Shown: positions 18,629 to 28,762, counted from the first letter of the stretch. The stretch is DNA of 64,000 nt from Thermodesulfobacteriota bacterium (GCA_963675595.2 CAXXLZ010000002.1:1792001-1856000), one strand, 5' to 3'. Program-made: numbers and translations. The notes: a model not told the origin generated them from the letters alone.

Positions 18629-21541
18629 TTACCCTTCCAACGGCCGCCGGCAAAGGATGCCTTCGCCCGGTTGGGTTTCCGGCCGAACGGCTCCGAAAAG
18701 GTCCGTGGAACGCGTCGGCTTCTCGTTCCGAGTGCGGGAAGAAATTCCGGAGTTCGAATCCGCGTCGCCCGAAACTTCCGCGAGCGCCTGCCATTCCACG
18801 AGAGAGCTCAGTCCGTGAATGCGATCACAGCCGAAAAGGGACTGCCGGCCCTCGGGCAAATCGTCCGGTCCGCCCGGAAGTGGGAACAAACCCTCGAACA
18901 CATTTCGAAGCGAATCTTGTTCCAGCACGCGTTCCGCGTCTTCCCGTGAAAGGATCGACTCCAAATATCCCATCCACGCGAGCCGGGAATGGAAGTTCCC
19001 TCCCCCCATGCCGGAAGCAGCCGCTTCCATGGACCAGAAGGAGGAGGTGATATCCGAGAAAAGGTTGTTGATCCGATCCTTCAACCCGGCGTAGCCCGAA
19101 GAAAGGCTGATTTGGTGCAAAAGATTCAGTCGTTCGAACAAGAGAGCGTAAGTCCGGTAGGCTCGGAGCTCGTCGCCTTCAGGGATGGAGTCCTTGTTGA
19201 ACTCAAGTCCGGCGAGAGCCTCCATGAGATTTTGCAGGCTCTTTTCTCTCAGGTCCGAGCCGGATTCGTCGTTGATCGCTTTCGCCGCTCGAAACGACAA
19301 ATCCAGAAAACGAAGCAAAGGAACATTAAGCTGAAGGAGGCCGGCCGCCCCGGAGCGGAACATAGGCTCCTTTCCCGGGATTCCCGCACGGTTCAGGCAT
19401 CCGATAACGTAGTCGTAAGCTTGCCGGAACCTTTGCTCCATGACGGGCTCTTTTCCCCCAAGATAACGGTCCAACCAACACGAGGCCAGGTAGGTATTCT
19501 CCTCCACAAGGAACGGAAGGAGGCTCGAAGCCTCGGGTGCGAGATTTCTTGAGCGGTACCACTCGGCCGGGGCGTGGGCTTGAACCCCGTGTTCATCCAG
19601 CCATTCCGAGCATCGTGGTTCCAGGGGCTCCTTCAACAACAAATCCGGCGCCACCCGCGCAATCTTTGTACACAACGACCCCAGCAACCCCACAAAACCG
19701 GGAAGCACGCAAGGCGTAACGGACAGGACTTCCCTCAGTTCCAGGGGATAAAGCCGCTCCTGCTCCCGCAGGCTCCGCGCGGTCGGCTCCGCAACGACCT
19801 CACCCCGCAGGCGGAGATTCTCCAGAAAAATCTCAAGGTCCCAAGGATGATATGCCTTCCAGTTTTCGGGCATACCGAGTTCGCTCAGTTTTTGTCGCAA
19901 CGCATCCCGCAACCGTCGGCCGGAGCCTGCCGGTTTGGACGGCGGCTTCGCCGTTTCATTCGGCGAACCGGGCCCCGTCCCGAAGCCCGTCATGTTTGCG
20001 GGTACGATCTCCGGCTGCGCCCGGCCTTCTTTGAGCACCTTGGCGTACACAGCCTCCACGAGACCGACCTGTTCTTCGAAGATAAAGGGCACATTGTCGG
20101 GCAGAGAGCGGGAAAAACTTCTGATCTTCTCCGCGATCTCCCCCGGATTTCGGTACAGGACCCCCACGGGATGTGTACCGAAGAACTCCCTGATGCTCTG
20201 CAGGTCATTGGCGATCACCGGCAGACCGGCGGCCAGGTATTCGAACAGCTTGTTGGGCATGGCCGAATGCAGATGCCGCTCGTTTTCAGGAGTCACCACA
20301 AAGGGAACGATACCGAAATCATAGCGGGTCATTTCGAAAACGATGCGCTCCGGAGACACGGGAGCGTGGTAGTGCAGATAGGGGTTGAGACTCGCTTCGC
20401 GCTCATACTCGGGATTATGGAAAGAAGGATACATGTGGAGGTGGATACGCGCGGAGGTCAGTTCCCGAAAGACGGGCAGATAGTAGCGATGAGGCACGCG
20501 CACCGACCCCAATCCGCCCTCGTACACCACGTGAATTTCTCCATCGCCGGAAGAGAGCTTGGGCAAACCGGCCTCCGGCACCATGGCCCGGAGGACGTAG
20601 TTGTGCACCACCGCCGAGGTTTCCAAATCGATACCGTAAAGCGTCAGGGCTTGGTCACGTTGGTAGGACGATACGTAGATGCGACCCGCCGCACCCCGGT
20701 TGGCGATCCCCTCCAGATAGACCAGGTTGGAGTCTCCCCCGTGGCGCAGGGAAATCAGGTCGTGGGTATCGTGAATCACCGGGGTTTTCCCGGCCAAGGC
20801 CGCCACGGTCAACTGATCCGGCTCGTTGTGGCAGTGAATCAGATCGTAGCCGGCGGACAGGTCCCAGAGATGCCGAAGTCCCTTCAGCGGAATGCATTGG
20901 TGGTAAACATCGTCGCTCAGAGCGGGGTACACCTGGCTGAGCCGGGCTCTGGTATAGGCCAGTGAAATACGGTGCCCTCGAGAACGAAGGGCCGTGGCCA
21001 TCTTGTAGTTTCGGATGCACGGGGCGTCCTGCACGAAGAGAATGTTCAAAGGCCGGAGGTCGGCCGCTTCTGAAACGAGTGTTCGAACCGGTTGCTCTTT
21101 CGGTTGCGTCGGCGTCGGATCCCAATTCACCGGTGTCTCGGGCGGGAGGTTCGCGCTCACTTCCGATGCGGGCGCAGGGGCCGAGACCCGCTCGGTTTCC
21201 GGTTCCCTCGGTTTGTCGCCGGAATCCCCGGACCCTCGCTCCACCTTGCGGGCTTTGTCGTATAATTCCAGAGCCTCGGCGGCACGACCCGTCTCTTCGC
21301 AAAGCGCCGCCAGATTCCGCAACGCGTCCGCATGTTCCGGCCGTACGCTCAATGCTCTTCGAAACAAGGACTCCGCTTCCGCCGCGCGACCCCCGCGATG
21401 GTGAAAGACCCCCAGATCGTTCAACGCTCGAGGGTTGTCGGGCTCGTACTTCAAGATCAACTCGAAGATCTCGGCCGCCTGATCTTTGAGTCCCTGACTG
21501 TAAAGAGCTTCGGCACGGTCGAGTTGCCGGGAAAAATCCAT
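18629..21541 (-). CDS. TPR + GT4 glycosyltransferase with an uncharacterised C-terminal extension
   Basis: N-terminal TPRs (ALNDLGV), HCHNEPD, DTHD and PNKLFEYLAAGLPVI. About 430 further residues have no motif I recognise. Confidence 0.85.
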   Translation of the reverse strand: MDFSRQLDRAEALYSQGLKDQAAEIFELILKYEPDNPRALNDLGVFHHRGGRAAEAESLFRRALSVRPEHADALRNLAALCEETGRAAEALELYDKARKVERGSGDSGDKPREPETERVSAPAPASEVSANLPPETPVNWDPTPTQPKEQPVRTLVSEAADLRPLNILFVQDAPCIRNYKMATALRSRGHRISLAYTRARLSQVYPALSDDVYHQCIPLKGLRHLWDLSAGYDLIHCHNEPDQLTVAALAGKTPVIHDTHDLISLRHGGDSNLVYLEGIANRGAAGRIYVSSYQRDQALTLYGIDLETSAVVHNYVLRAMVPEAGLPKLSSGDGEIHVVYEGGLGSVRVPHRYYLPVFRELTSARIHLHMYPSFHNPEYEREASLNPYLHYHAPVSPERIVFEMTRYDFGIVPFVVTPENERHLHSAMPNKLFEYLAAGLPVIANDLQSIREFFGTHPVGVLYRNPGEIAEKIRSFSRSLPDNVPFIFEEQVGLVEAVYAKVLKEGRAQPEIVPANMTGFGTGPGSPNETAKPPSKPAGSGRRLRDALRQKLSELGMPENWKAYHPWDLEIFLENLRLRGEVVAEPTARSLREQERLYPLELREVLSVTPCVLPGFVGLLGSLCTKIARVAPDLLLKEPLEPRCSEWLDEHGVQAHAPAEWYRSRNLAPEASSLLPFLVEENTYLASCWLDRYLGGKEPVMEQRFRQAYDYVIGCLNRAGIPGKEPMFRSGAAGLLQLNVPLLRFLDLSFRAAKAINDESGSDLREKSLQNLMEALAGLEFNKDSIPEGDELRAYRTYALLFERLNLLHQISLSSGYAGLKDRINNLFSDITSSFWSMEAAASGMGGGNFHSRLAWMGYLESILSREDAERVLEQDSLRNVFEGLFPLPGGPDDLPEGRQSLFGCDRIHGLSSLVEWQALAEVSGDADSNSGISSRTRNEKPTRSTDLFGAVRPETQPGEGILCRRPLEG

Positions 21542-21601
21542 GACGAATCCTTGACGGTTACCGGAAGTGTGGCGTCGGCTTCATGGTCGTCGGTCCGACC
21601 C

Positions 21602-21988
21602 TCAAAACTCGTCCGACCCCGTATCCTCGCTTCGCATCTTCCGAAAAAAGGAAAAAATCTCGGAACGAACGGCCTCCGCGACCCGATCCGCCAGAACGGT
21701 CACGGCATCGGGTTCGAGGAGCTGGGGAAGACGAGCGGGAAGCTGTGGGTCATTGAGAGTGCGTTCGATGAGGTCGAGGGCCACGCCCCGACTTCGAAGC
21801 CGTTTGATGCCTTGGATTACCTCAAGATGCCGCGGACCATAGCGACGTTGGCCCCCCGAAGTCCTCTCCGGAGTCAACAATCCCGGCAACTGTTTTTCCC
21901 AAAAACGCAGGGTGTGCTCGGGCACACCCGTAATCTTTCCGGCTTCACGTATGGTGAGCCTGGTATCTTCTTCCATCGCCTTTCCCAT
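21602..21988 (-). CDS. MerR family HTH transcriptional regulator
   Basis: LTIREAGKITGVPEHTLRFWEKQ...PERTSGGQRRY. No cysteine metal-binding motif. Confidence 0.9.
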   Translation of the reverse strand: MGKAMEEDTRLTIREAGKITGVPEHTLRFWEKQLPGLLTPERTSGGQRRYGPRHLEVIQGIKRLRSRGVALDLIERTLNDPQLPARLPQLLEPDAVTVLADRVAEAVRSEIFSFFRKMRSEDTGSDEF

Positions 21989-22002
21989 ATCGGATGAACT
22001 GG

Positions 22003-22024
22003 AACTTCACTTTAGCTTCAGGTT
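22003..22024. promoter_or_regulatory. Imperfect palindrome, candidate MerR-family operator
   Basis: Minus strand reads AACCTGAAGCTAAAGTGAAGTT, resembling the SoxR box CCTCAAGTTAACTTGAGG. It lies between the sigma54 -12 element and the merR start. Confidence 0.5.
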
Positions 22025-22025
22025 A

Positions 22026-22041
22026 AGCAACATCCATACCA
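22026..22041 (-). promoter_or_regulatory. Sigma54 (RpoN) -24/-12 promoter
   Basis: Minus strand reads TGGTATGGATGTTGCT, with exact GG-N10-GC spacing and a close match to TGGCACG-N4-TTGCW. It sits upstream of the merR-glycosylation operon. Confidence 0.7.
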
Positions 22042-22324
22042 GACGGCCGACATATTAGCAAGTAACTAAAATATCAGATTGAATGAGAGACCGAGGTGAT
22101 GCCGGCAGGTTCAAGAGCTGAATTCAAACCGGGCAAGAATGTCCGTCGATGGAAAAAAACGTCTTGATGGGCAGGGCGTTTCGGAAAATTCATCCTGCGC
22201 CACTTGTCCGAATCGCCCTTCATGTTTTCTTCATGTCGCCCTCTTATAGTGCCGCTGAAGATGCAGGAAAACGGAAGCTCGCTTCGAAGATCGAGCGAAA
22301 ACCCTTTTAATGAGAGGTCACATC

Positions 22325-22726
22325 ATGAAAAAGAAATGGATTGCTTTTCTCGTAGGTACGGTCTTGGTCGGCGGTTTTGTCGTCTTGGGAGCAAAATTTG
22401 CGAAATCGGAAAGTACGGAAGTTCACGGCGGCACCATTCGCATCGAAAATCAGGCTGAGGCCCAATTCCCATCAATGGCGAAGATATCTCTGGAGCAGGC
22501 GGCTCGGGAAGCTTCGACTTCGGTCCAAGGCCGGGTTCTAAAGGTGGAGCTCGAGAATGAGGACGGTTTTCTCGTCTATGAGGTTCGGTTGGCGGGCGAC
22601 GATAAGTCCGTCTCGGATGTGATGGTGGATGCCGGTTCGGGAAAAGTGCTGGGCGTGGAACACCTAGGAAAGGCCGGCGAGCATCAGGAATCCGGCGATC
22701 AAGGCGAGGGAGAATGTGACGACTGA
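22325..22726 (+). CDS. PepSY domain-containing exported protein
   Basis: Signal peptide MKKKWIAFL..., AKISLEQA, VELENEDGFLVYEV and VDAGSGKVL. Confidence 0.85.
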   Translation: MKKKWIAFLVGTVLVGGFVVLGAKFAKSESTEVHGGTIRIENQAEAQFPSMAKISLEQAAREASTSVQGRVLKVELENEDGFLVYEVRLAGDDKSVSDVMVDAGSGKVLGVEHLGKAGEHQESGDQGEGECDD

Positions 22727-22995
22727 TCCAAGGACACCCGCGGGCCGGCCTGTAATGTTCTTGGCGGCCGGGACGACCGTAATTCCTTGAGAATTTAACC
22801 GGTTCGTGACCCGGCCGCACATGCGGGTGCCGAGGGGGAGAGATGCGGACAATCACGTCCCGTCGTTTCCGAGTCCGCTCTCTCTCCGCTTCCCGGCAAT
22901 GACGTTCGACTTCCGGCCGGCCGGCCGCCTCGGTAGGATTGGAGAAAGGACATCGGGATGCTGATCCGCCCGTTGAAGAAGGAGGAAAAAGACGC

Positions 22996-23769
22996 ATGAA
23001 CGTTGTAAAAGTAAACCACGATGCCGAAACGGCTTTGAGCAAGGTGCCTGAAGTCACTCTGCTGTTCTGGATCATGAAAATCACCGCCACCACCCTGGGC
23101 GAAACAGGGGGAGACGCGGTATCCATGTCCATGAACTTGGGCTACCTGGTGGGCACGGGAATCTTCGCTGCCGTCTTCCTGGCGGCCGCGGCCGCCCAGA
23201 TCAAGGCCAAACGCTTCCATCCCGTGCCGTACTGGACGACCATTGTGGCCACCACCACCGTGGGCACGACATTGGCCGATTTTGCCGATCGTTCGTTGGG
23301 CATCGGCTATGCGGGCGGGACAACCCTTCTGCTCGCACTGTTGGCGGCTTCGCTGATTGCTTGGTATTGCTCGACAGGATCGGTGTCCGTGAATACGGTT
23401 AGTTCACCCAAGGTGGAAATGTTCTATTGGATCACTATCATGTTCTCACAAACACTGGGCACGGCCTTGGGCGACTGGACCGCCGACACCGCGGGATTGG
23501 GCTACGGCGGCGGAGCGCTGGTGTACTCCGGCCTGCTGGCATTGATGGTTGCGGCCTACCGGTGGACGAACATTTCCCGGACGGCGTTGTTCTGGGGAGC
23601 GTTCGTGCTGACGCGACCGCTGGGCGCCGTACTGGGCGACCTTTTGGACAAGCCGCTGGATCAAGGCGGCATGGCTCTGAGCCGCTACACCGCATCCATC
23701 GTGCTGATGGTTTCCATCAGCGCCTGTATTTTGTTGTTTCCGCATCGGGCAAGCAGCAGAGCCCATTGA
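22996..23769 (+). CDS. COG4705/DUF347-repeat membrane protein
   Basis: SKVPEVTLLFWIMKITATTLGETGGD, FYWITIMFSQTLGTALGD and LTRPLGA. Confidence 0.85.
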   Translation: MNVVKVNHDAETALSKVPEVTLLFWIMKITATTLGETGGDAVSMSMNLGYLVGTGIFAAVFLAAAAAQIKAKRFHPVPYWTTIVATTTVGTTLADFADRSLGIGYAGGTTLLLALLAASLIAWYCSTGSVSVNTVSSPKVEMFYWITIMFSQTLGTALGDWTADTAGLGYGGGALVYSGLLALMVAAYRWTNISRTALFWGAFVLTRPLGAVLGDLLDKPLDQGGMALSRYTASIVLMVSISACILLFPHRASSRAH

Positions 23770-24009
23770 GAAAGGACGCCGCTTCGCCCGCCGCATGAGT
23801 GCCCGGCGACCGGAGCCCCCTTGCGATACCGCGAAGCGGGACGTCCAGAAGGATTCGGCGTTTGCGTCTCCGGTCGTCATGCGAACGGCATGAGGCCGGC
23901 GCCGCAGGCTGCCGCGGGCCTGGCCGAGGACGAGAAGTAAAAGAGGTTCTTGAATGCGGACGTGCCGGCACGCAAGACTTGAGACCCAGTATGCCGATTG
24001 GGTGAAACG

Positions 24010-24693
24010 ATGCGAATATTAGTCGTAGACGATGAGCAGACTTTGTTGGACCAACTCAAGCATGCGCTCGAAGAGCAACGTTACATGGTCGAAACCTCGC
24101 TGGACGGGGAAGAGGCCCTGGACAAATTGTTTGAGAACCCGCCCGACTTGATCATACTCGACATCATGCTGCCCAACCAGGACGGCCTGTCGGTTCTTCG
24201 AGAAATCCGACGGGCGGGCATCACCACACCGGTTCTCATGTTGACCGCCAGGGTGGCGGTGGACGACAAAATCAAGGGGCTCGACTTGGGCGCGGACGAC
24301 TATCTGGCCAAGCCGTTCTCACTGGATGAGCTCTTGGCGCGCATCCGGGCCCTGTTCAGACGCGCCGCGGGACAGGGGCATTCAACCCTGCAAGTCAAGG
24401 ATCTGCGACTCGATACCGTGAGCCGCGAAGTAACCAAGGGAGGTGAGGCGGTGGAATTGACCGCCAGGGAATTCTCCATCCTGGAATTCCTCCTTTACAA
24501 CAAGAACAGGGCCGTATCGCGTTTCAGCCTGGCCGAGCACGTCTGGGGCGACGCTTTCGACCCTTTCAGCATGTCCAATTTTATGGACGTACATATCAAG
24601 AACCTTCGAAAAAAGATTGGGGACTCAGGCGGCGGGGGCATCATCCGAACCGTCCGGGGAGTAGGCTATATTGTCAAGGATGAAGCGGAATGA
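24010..24693 (+). CDS. OmpR-family response regulator
   Basis: ILVVDDE, LDIMLP, GADDYLAKPF and winged-helix IRTVRGVGY. Confidence 0.95.
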   Translation: MRILVVDDEQTLLDQLKHALEEQRYMVETSLDGEEALDKLFENPPDLIILDIMLPNQDGLSVLREIRRAGITTPVLMLTARVAVDDKIKGLDLGADDYLAKPFSLDELLARIRALFRRAAGQGHSTLQVKDLRLDTVSREVTKGGEAVELTAREFSILEFLLYNKNRAVSRFSLAEHVWGDAFDPFSMSNFMDVHIKNLRKKIGDSGGGGIIRTVRGVGYIVKDEAE

Positions 24694-26081
24694 CCGTTCG
24701 GCAAAAGATTACCCTGCTGATCACCGCGGCCGGTTTTCTGTCCAGTCTGGTGTTCTCCTGCACCATACTGTGGGAAATGCTGGAGCAGCCCTTCCATATT
24801 ATTGACTCGGACTTGGAGGCTGCGGGAAGGCGGGCCGTACGTGCCGTTCTTGGCGGCGATCGAGGGAAAGAGCCGGAGCCCAACCGGTCCATGGGCGATG
24901 AAAGATATTGGCTGGAAATCAGAGATCCGGACTCCGGCAAATCGATCTACCGAACGGACTTGGCCAAGACATTCGATATCCCGGAACCCGCTCTCGGCTC
25001 CGCCGCCACCGTCAGGGTCACCATCCCCGGGGAAGCAGTCGACTTGGGGCAAAATCGGCGCAACGAAGCAACCTTTCGAGTGCGGAAGTCTCGAATATCA
25101 CTCGACGGAAGGACGTTTTTGGTTTGCGTGGCTCGCCCCATAGAAAATCTGGAACAAGAGCTGTGGGAAACCATGATCGGCGTCGGCGGCGGCCTCCTCT
25201 TATCGGTGCTCTTGCTGATGGTGCTCAGCTATGTTGTGGCCGGTATCATTCTCAAACCGGTCAGGACCATTAATGATCAAGCACGGGATATCAGTGAAAA
25301 GCACCTGGATCGAAGAATGCCGGTATCCGGCGGCCACGATGAATTCAACGCCTTGGCCCAAACGCTCAACAAGGTTTTCGACCGATTGCAGCACGCCTTC
25401 ATGCGACAAAAGAGACTCCTCGCCGACGCGTCGCACGAATTGAAGACGCCCCTGACCATGATGCGGCTAGCGTTGGATGGGCTACGTTCCGACCACACCG
25501 AAACACAATCCGACACCCAAATAGAAAGCCTCGAGCGGATAACCGAGCAAGTGCTGCGCATGGAGCGGCTTGTCAAAAGCCTGTTGGATTTGTCATCTTT
25601 TGAAATGGAGGCTGCCGCGGCAAAGAATCCGATAGACTTGGCGGAAATATTATCGTCGCTGGTCGCTGATTACCGAACACTGGCCGAGTCGCGAAACATT
25701 TCCATAAGCGCCGATCTTCCCACGCCATTGGAGGCGACGGGAGACACGGAGAAATTAAGGAGGGCCTTTTCCAACCTGCTGGACAATGCCGTCAAATACA
25801 ACATGGATGGGGGACAAGTTGCGTTGGCTCTTGATCGATCCGACGTCCGTCTCACCATCACCATAAGCAATACGGGGCCCGGCGTGCCCGAAAAAGAAAT
25901 CCCCAAAGTGTTCGATCAGTTCTACAGAGTCGACCCCTCAAGATCGCTTCGGCACGGCGGTGCCGGGTTGGGCTTGGCCATCGTCAAAAGGATTATCGAA
26001 CTTCACGGCGGCGATGTGAATCTCGAAAGCCGATCGGGGGGTTGGACGCGAGTTACCGTAAACCTGCCTCGACACCGCTAG
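24690..26081 (+). CDS. HAMP-containing sensor histidine kinase
   Basis: Two TM segments, HAMP, ASHELKTPL H-box, NLLDNAVKY and GAGLGLAI. ATGA overlap with the regulator gene. Confidence 0.95.
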   Translation: MTVRQKITLLITAAGFLSSLVFSCTILWEMLEQPFHIIDSDLEAAGRRAVRAVLGGDRGKEPEPNRSMGDERYWLEIRDPDSGKSIYRTDLAKTFDIPEPALGSAATVRVTIPGEAVDLGQNRRNEATFRVRKSRISLDGRTFLVCVARPIENLEQELWETMIGVGGGLLLSVLLLMVLSYVVAGIILKPVRTINDQARDISEKHLDRRMPVSGGHDEFNALAQTLNKVFDRLQHAFMRQKRLLADASHELKTPLTMMRLALDGLRSDHTETQSDTQIESLERITEQVLRMERLVKSLLDLSSFEMEAAAAKNPIDLAEILSSLVADYRTLAESRNISISADLPTPLEATGDTEKLRRAFSNLLDNAVKYNMDGGQVALALDRSDVRLTITISNTGPGVPEKEIPKVFDQFYRVDPSRSLRHGGAGLGLAIVKRIIELHGGDVNLESRSGGWTRVTVNLPRHR

Positions 26082-26379
26082 ACGGTATGGGAATGAAAGA
26101 GCCGGCGTAGATGTTCGCCATTACCGAAACCGAACAAGTCCTCTGCTCCGGAAAATTAAGGTGCCCAAGAGCTCGGTTATGCTGTATCTCAAAAACAAAT
26201 CCACAATTCCAGGTAATACAATAGACGTTCACGCTTCACCGTCGGAGGGCCGGCTTACCGGAAAGCGGAAAATTCCGGACATTACCTTGTGAATTGGGGT
26301 AAGATGTGGGCTCCATCGAACTCGGGGCGAAACATACGCCGTGTTTTCCACCCAATCCTCCCCGAAAAGGAGCGCTTCC

Positions 26380-27354
26380 ATGATAGAGCCGATAGATTCG
26401 AACCTGTTTCGGCTGGAAATACCTCTCCCGGAGAGCCCGCTAAAGTACACTAATTCGTATGTCCTGTTGGATACGGAAAGAAATCTGATCATTGATACGG
26501 GATTCAATCGGTCGGAATGTCTGGACGCCATGATGCGGGGTCTCGCCGAACTCGATGTGGACCTCCGAAAAACCGATTTTCTGATCACTCACCTTCATGC
26601 GGACCATTTCGGACTTGCGGCGAAACTGGCATCCGAGACTTCCAGAATCTACTTCAACCGACCTGATGCGGAAGCCCTGCAAAACTGGGGTAACTGGGAC
26701 CCGATCATCACCTACGCGGGTCGGAACGGATTTTCGAAAGATGAGCTTCAGTCCGTCATCGGCAGACATCCCGGCATCATTTACGGCCCCGAATTCATCC
26801 CCGAGATGACGTTCCTGGAAGACGGCGACACCCTACGCGCCGGAGGTTACCTCCTCCGGTGCATTCAGACTCCCGGCCACACCAGAGGCCATCTCTGTCT
26901 GTACGAACCCCAAAAAAAGATGCTGTTTTCGGGGGATCACATTCTCCTCGACATCACTCCCAACATCCTGTGCTGGTGGGAGGATGAGAATCCGTTGAAA
27001 AACTACCTATCCAGCCTCGACAAAGTGATGGAGCTGGAGGTCGAGCTGGTGCTGCCCGGACACCGGAGGCGATTTACGGATTGCAGGGAACGCATTCTGG
27101 AATTGAAGGAGCATCACGGGAATCGAATCCACGAGGTCATGGAGATTCTCGGCAGGGGTGCTCTAAGCCCCTATGAAACCGCTTCATACATGACGTGGGA
27201 TATTTCCTGCGACTCGTGGGATCAGTTTCCCGTGGCACAGAAATGGTTTGCCACAGGAGAAGCACTTTCGCATTTGAGGTTCCTCGAAGAGGAGGGAACG
27301 GTGGTGAGAGAAACGGAAACCCCGACCATCACCTACAAACTGAGTTCTCCGTAG
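26380..27354 (+). CDS. MBL-fold metallo-hydrolase
   Basis: THLHADH, TPGHTRGH, SGDH and LPGH. Confidence 0.92.
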   Translation: MIEPIDSNLFRLEIPLPESPLKYTNSYVLLDTERNLIIDTGFNRSECLDAMMRGLAELDVDLRKTDFLITHLHADHFGLAAKLASETSRIYFNRPDAEALQNWGNWDPIITYAGRNGFSKDELQSVIGRHPGIIYGPEFIPEMTFLEDGDTLRAGGYLLRCIQTPGHTRGHLCLYEPQKKMLFSGDHILLDITPNILCWWEDENPLKNYLSSLDKVMELEVELVLPGHRRRFTDCRERILELKEHHGNRIHEVMEILGRGALSPYETASYMTWDISCDSWDQFPVAQKWFATGEALSHLRFLEEEGTVVRETETPTITYKLSSP

Positions 27355-27624
27355 ACCATTTTCCTCCTTTGCCGCCGACTCCCAAGTCCACCGTTTTCTT
27401 GGAGTGTCCCCTCCGCCGAGAAAATCAAAGAAGAGAGTCGGCGTCTGAAAGAGCGGCGCAAAACGGGTCTCCCGGACTTTACCGATAGAGGCCGGGAGAC
27501 CCGCCGAGAAAGACGGATTCGCCAAACTGAAAGCCGATTATCTTCGAACGGTTGATTCCGGTACAAAGGGAACAAGTGATTCCAGCGTCGCCATTTTCCA
27601 TCGATTTGAATTGAGACTCACCCC

Positions 27625-27993
27625 TCAGATTTGGTGCGCACCGGGCATGGTGCGTTCCGCCGCACTTCCTTCCACAAAGGTGTGTTTCTTCTTTAACGTA
27701 TGGTGTGTGGCCAGGGAGTACTCTTCGATTTCCGTGGGACTTTCCAGGTAGGGCTGGATCTTGGCTTCGTTGGCGATCCGCATGGGACTCTCTTTCCATT
27801 CGTGCCAGTTTTCCAGACCGAGCCATTCACTGACCACGACCACCCGTTGAGGATCATTCTGATCGATGAGCGTCCTGCCGGATACGTAGCCTCTTTGCTG
27901 GACGGCCTCCCCGCGGAGCTTGTTCAGGAGGGCGAAAACCTCCATCGCCCTTCCGGCCTTGATTCGTCTTTTGATCAATACGGTGACCACCAT
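27625..27993 (-). CDS. Antibiotic biosynthesis monooxygenase (ABM) family protein
   Basis: VLIKRRIK...QRGYVSGRTL...VVVSEWLGLENWHEW. ATG at 27993 follows a purine-rich RBS. Confidence 0.75.
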   Translation of the reverse strand: MVVTVLIKRRIKAGRAMEVFALLNKLRGEAVQQRGYVSGRTLIDQNDPQRVVVVSEWLGLENWHEWKESPMRIANEAKIQPYLESPTEIEEYSLATHHTLKKKHTFVEGSAAERTMPGAHQI

Positions 27994-28403
27994 GGCCTGC
28001 CCCCTTTCTTTGGAATGGAAACCACGTTCGACCCATAACTGCCTATACAAAATTATAGTCAACCCACCCCGGATCCGGCAAGATTTCTCTTGAACCGACG
28101 TCAAAAGGCGTGAAAGCCGTTCCGCCCCGGAGGTTTCTTTGTGTTGGGAAACGCCTAAGGCTTGACGGATGGAAAGGATTGTTCTAGGCTTTTTTTCGTC
28201 CAAAAGGCTCGCATCCATGAAAGCCCCATACATGCCTTTTACCGTTCAGTCTTCACCAGGGGAGGACGACCTTGTTGTCGCCCTTTAGACGCGTTCCACC
28301 GCCGTCCGCGAGACTCCATGAACCGCCATACGCCCATCCCGGTCTAGCGGCGGTGGGTGTCGCGGGGGCCAGGTGGTTGCCTCATTCCGGTCTGGTGAGC
28401 CCC

Positions 28404-28703
28404 ATGTTTTCCCAAGTCTCCGAATTGATCGAATTGTTTAAAATCCGCCTAAGGGCAGGACAAGATAGGCAAGTGGACGCCTTTCGGACACTGGAAAGCG
28501 GGACCGTGGAAGAATTCGTGGTGGTGGAAATCGCCGAGGGAGTCAAGAAACTACTTTTTCGAGTCTGGCCCATATTCTACACCGATCGTCCGCGTATTGA
28601 ATACAGGGTCTATGCCCGTGACCCGAGCGTGGAAAACCTGGTAACGGATGTGCTGATGCTGGGAGCGCAGGCTCGGAACGCCCGACTGGTTCTGAAAGAC
28701 TAG
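28404..28703 (+). CDS. Hypothetical 99-aa protein, first gene of the MoxR-vWA operon
   Basis: Protein-like composition from ATG 28404. Co-oriented with the AAA gene and about 60 bp upstream of it. Confidence 0.6.
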   Translation: MFSQVSELIELFKIRLRAGQDRQVDAFRTLESGTVEEFVVVEIAEGVKKLLFRVWPIFYTDRPRIEYRVYARDPSVENLVTDVLMLGAQARNARLVLKD

Positions 28704-28762
28704 AGGACGGGGGCGAACGCATTCACAACCTGAAGCCGGTTCCGTCCGGAACCTGGAGTCCC

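Noticed and set aside
26082-26379. Intergenic region with AAGGTGCCC and hairpins, as a possible cobalamin riboswitch
   Set aside because: The downstream AGGGAA and B12-box elements are missing.
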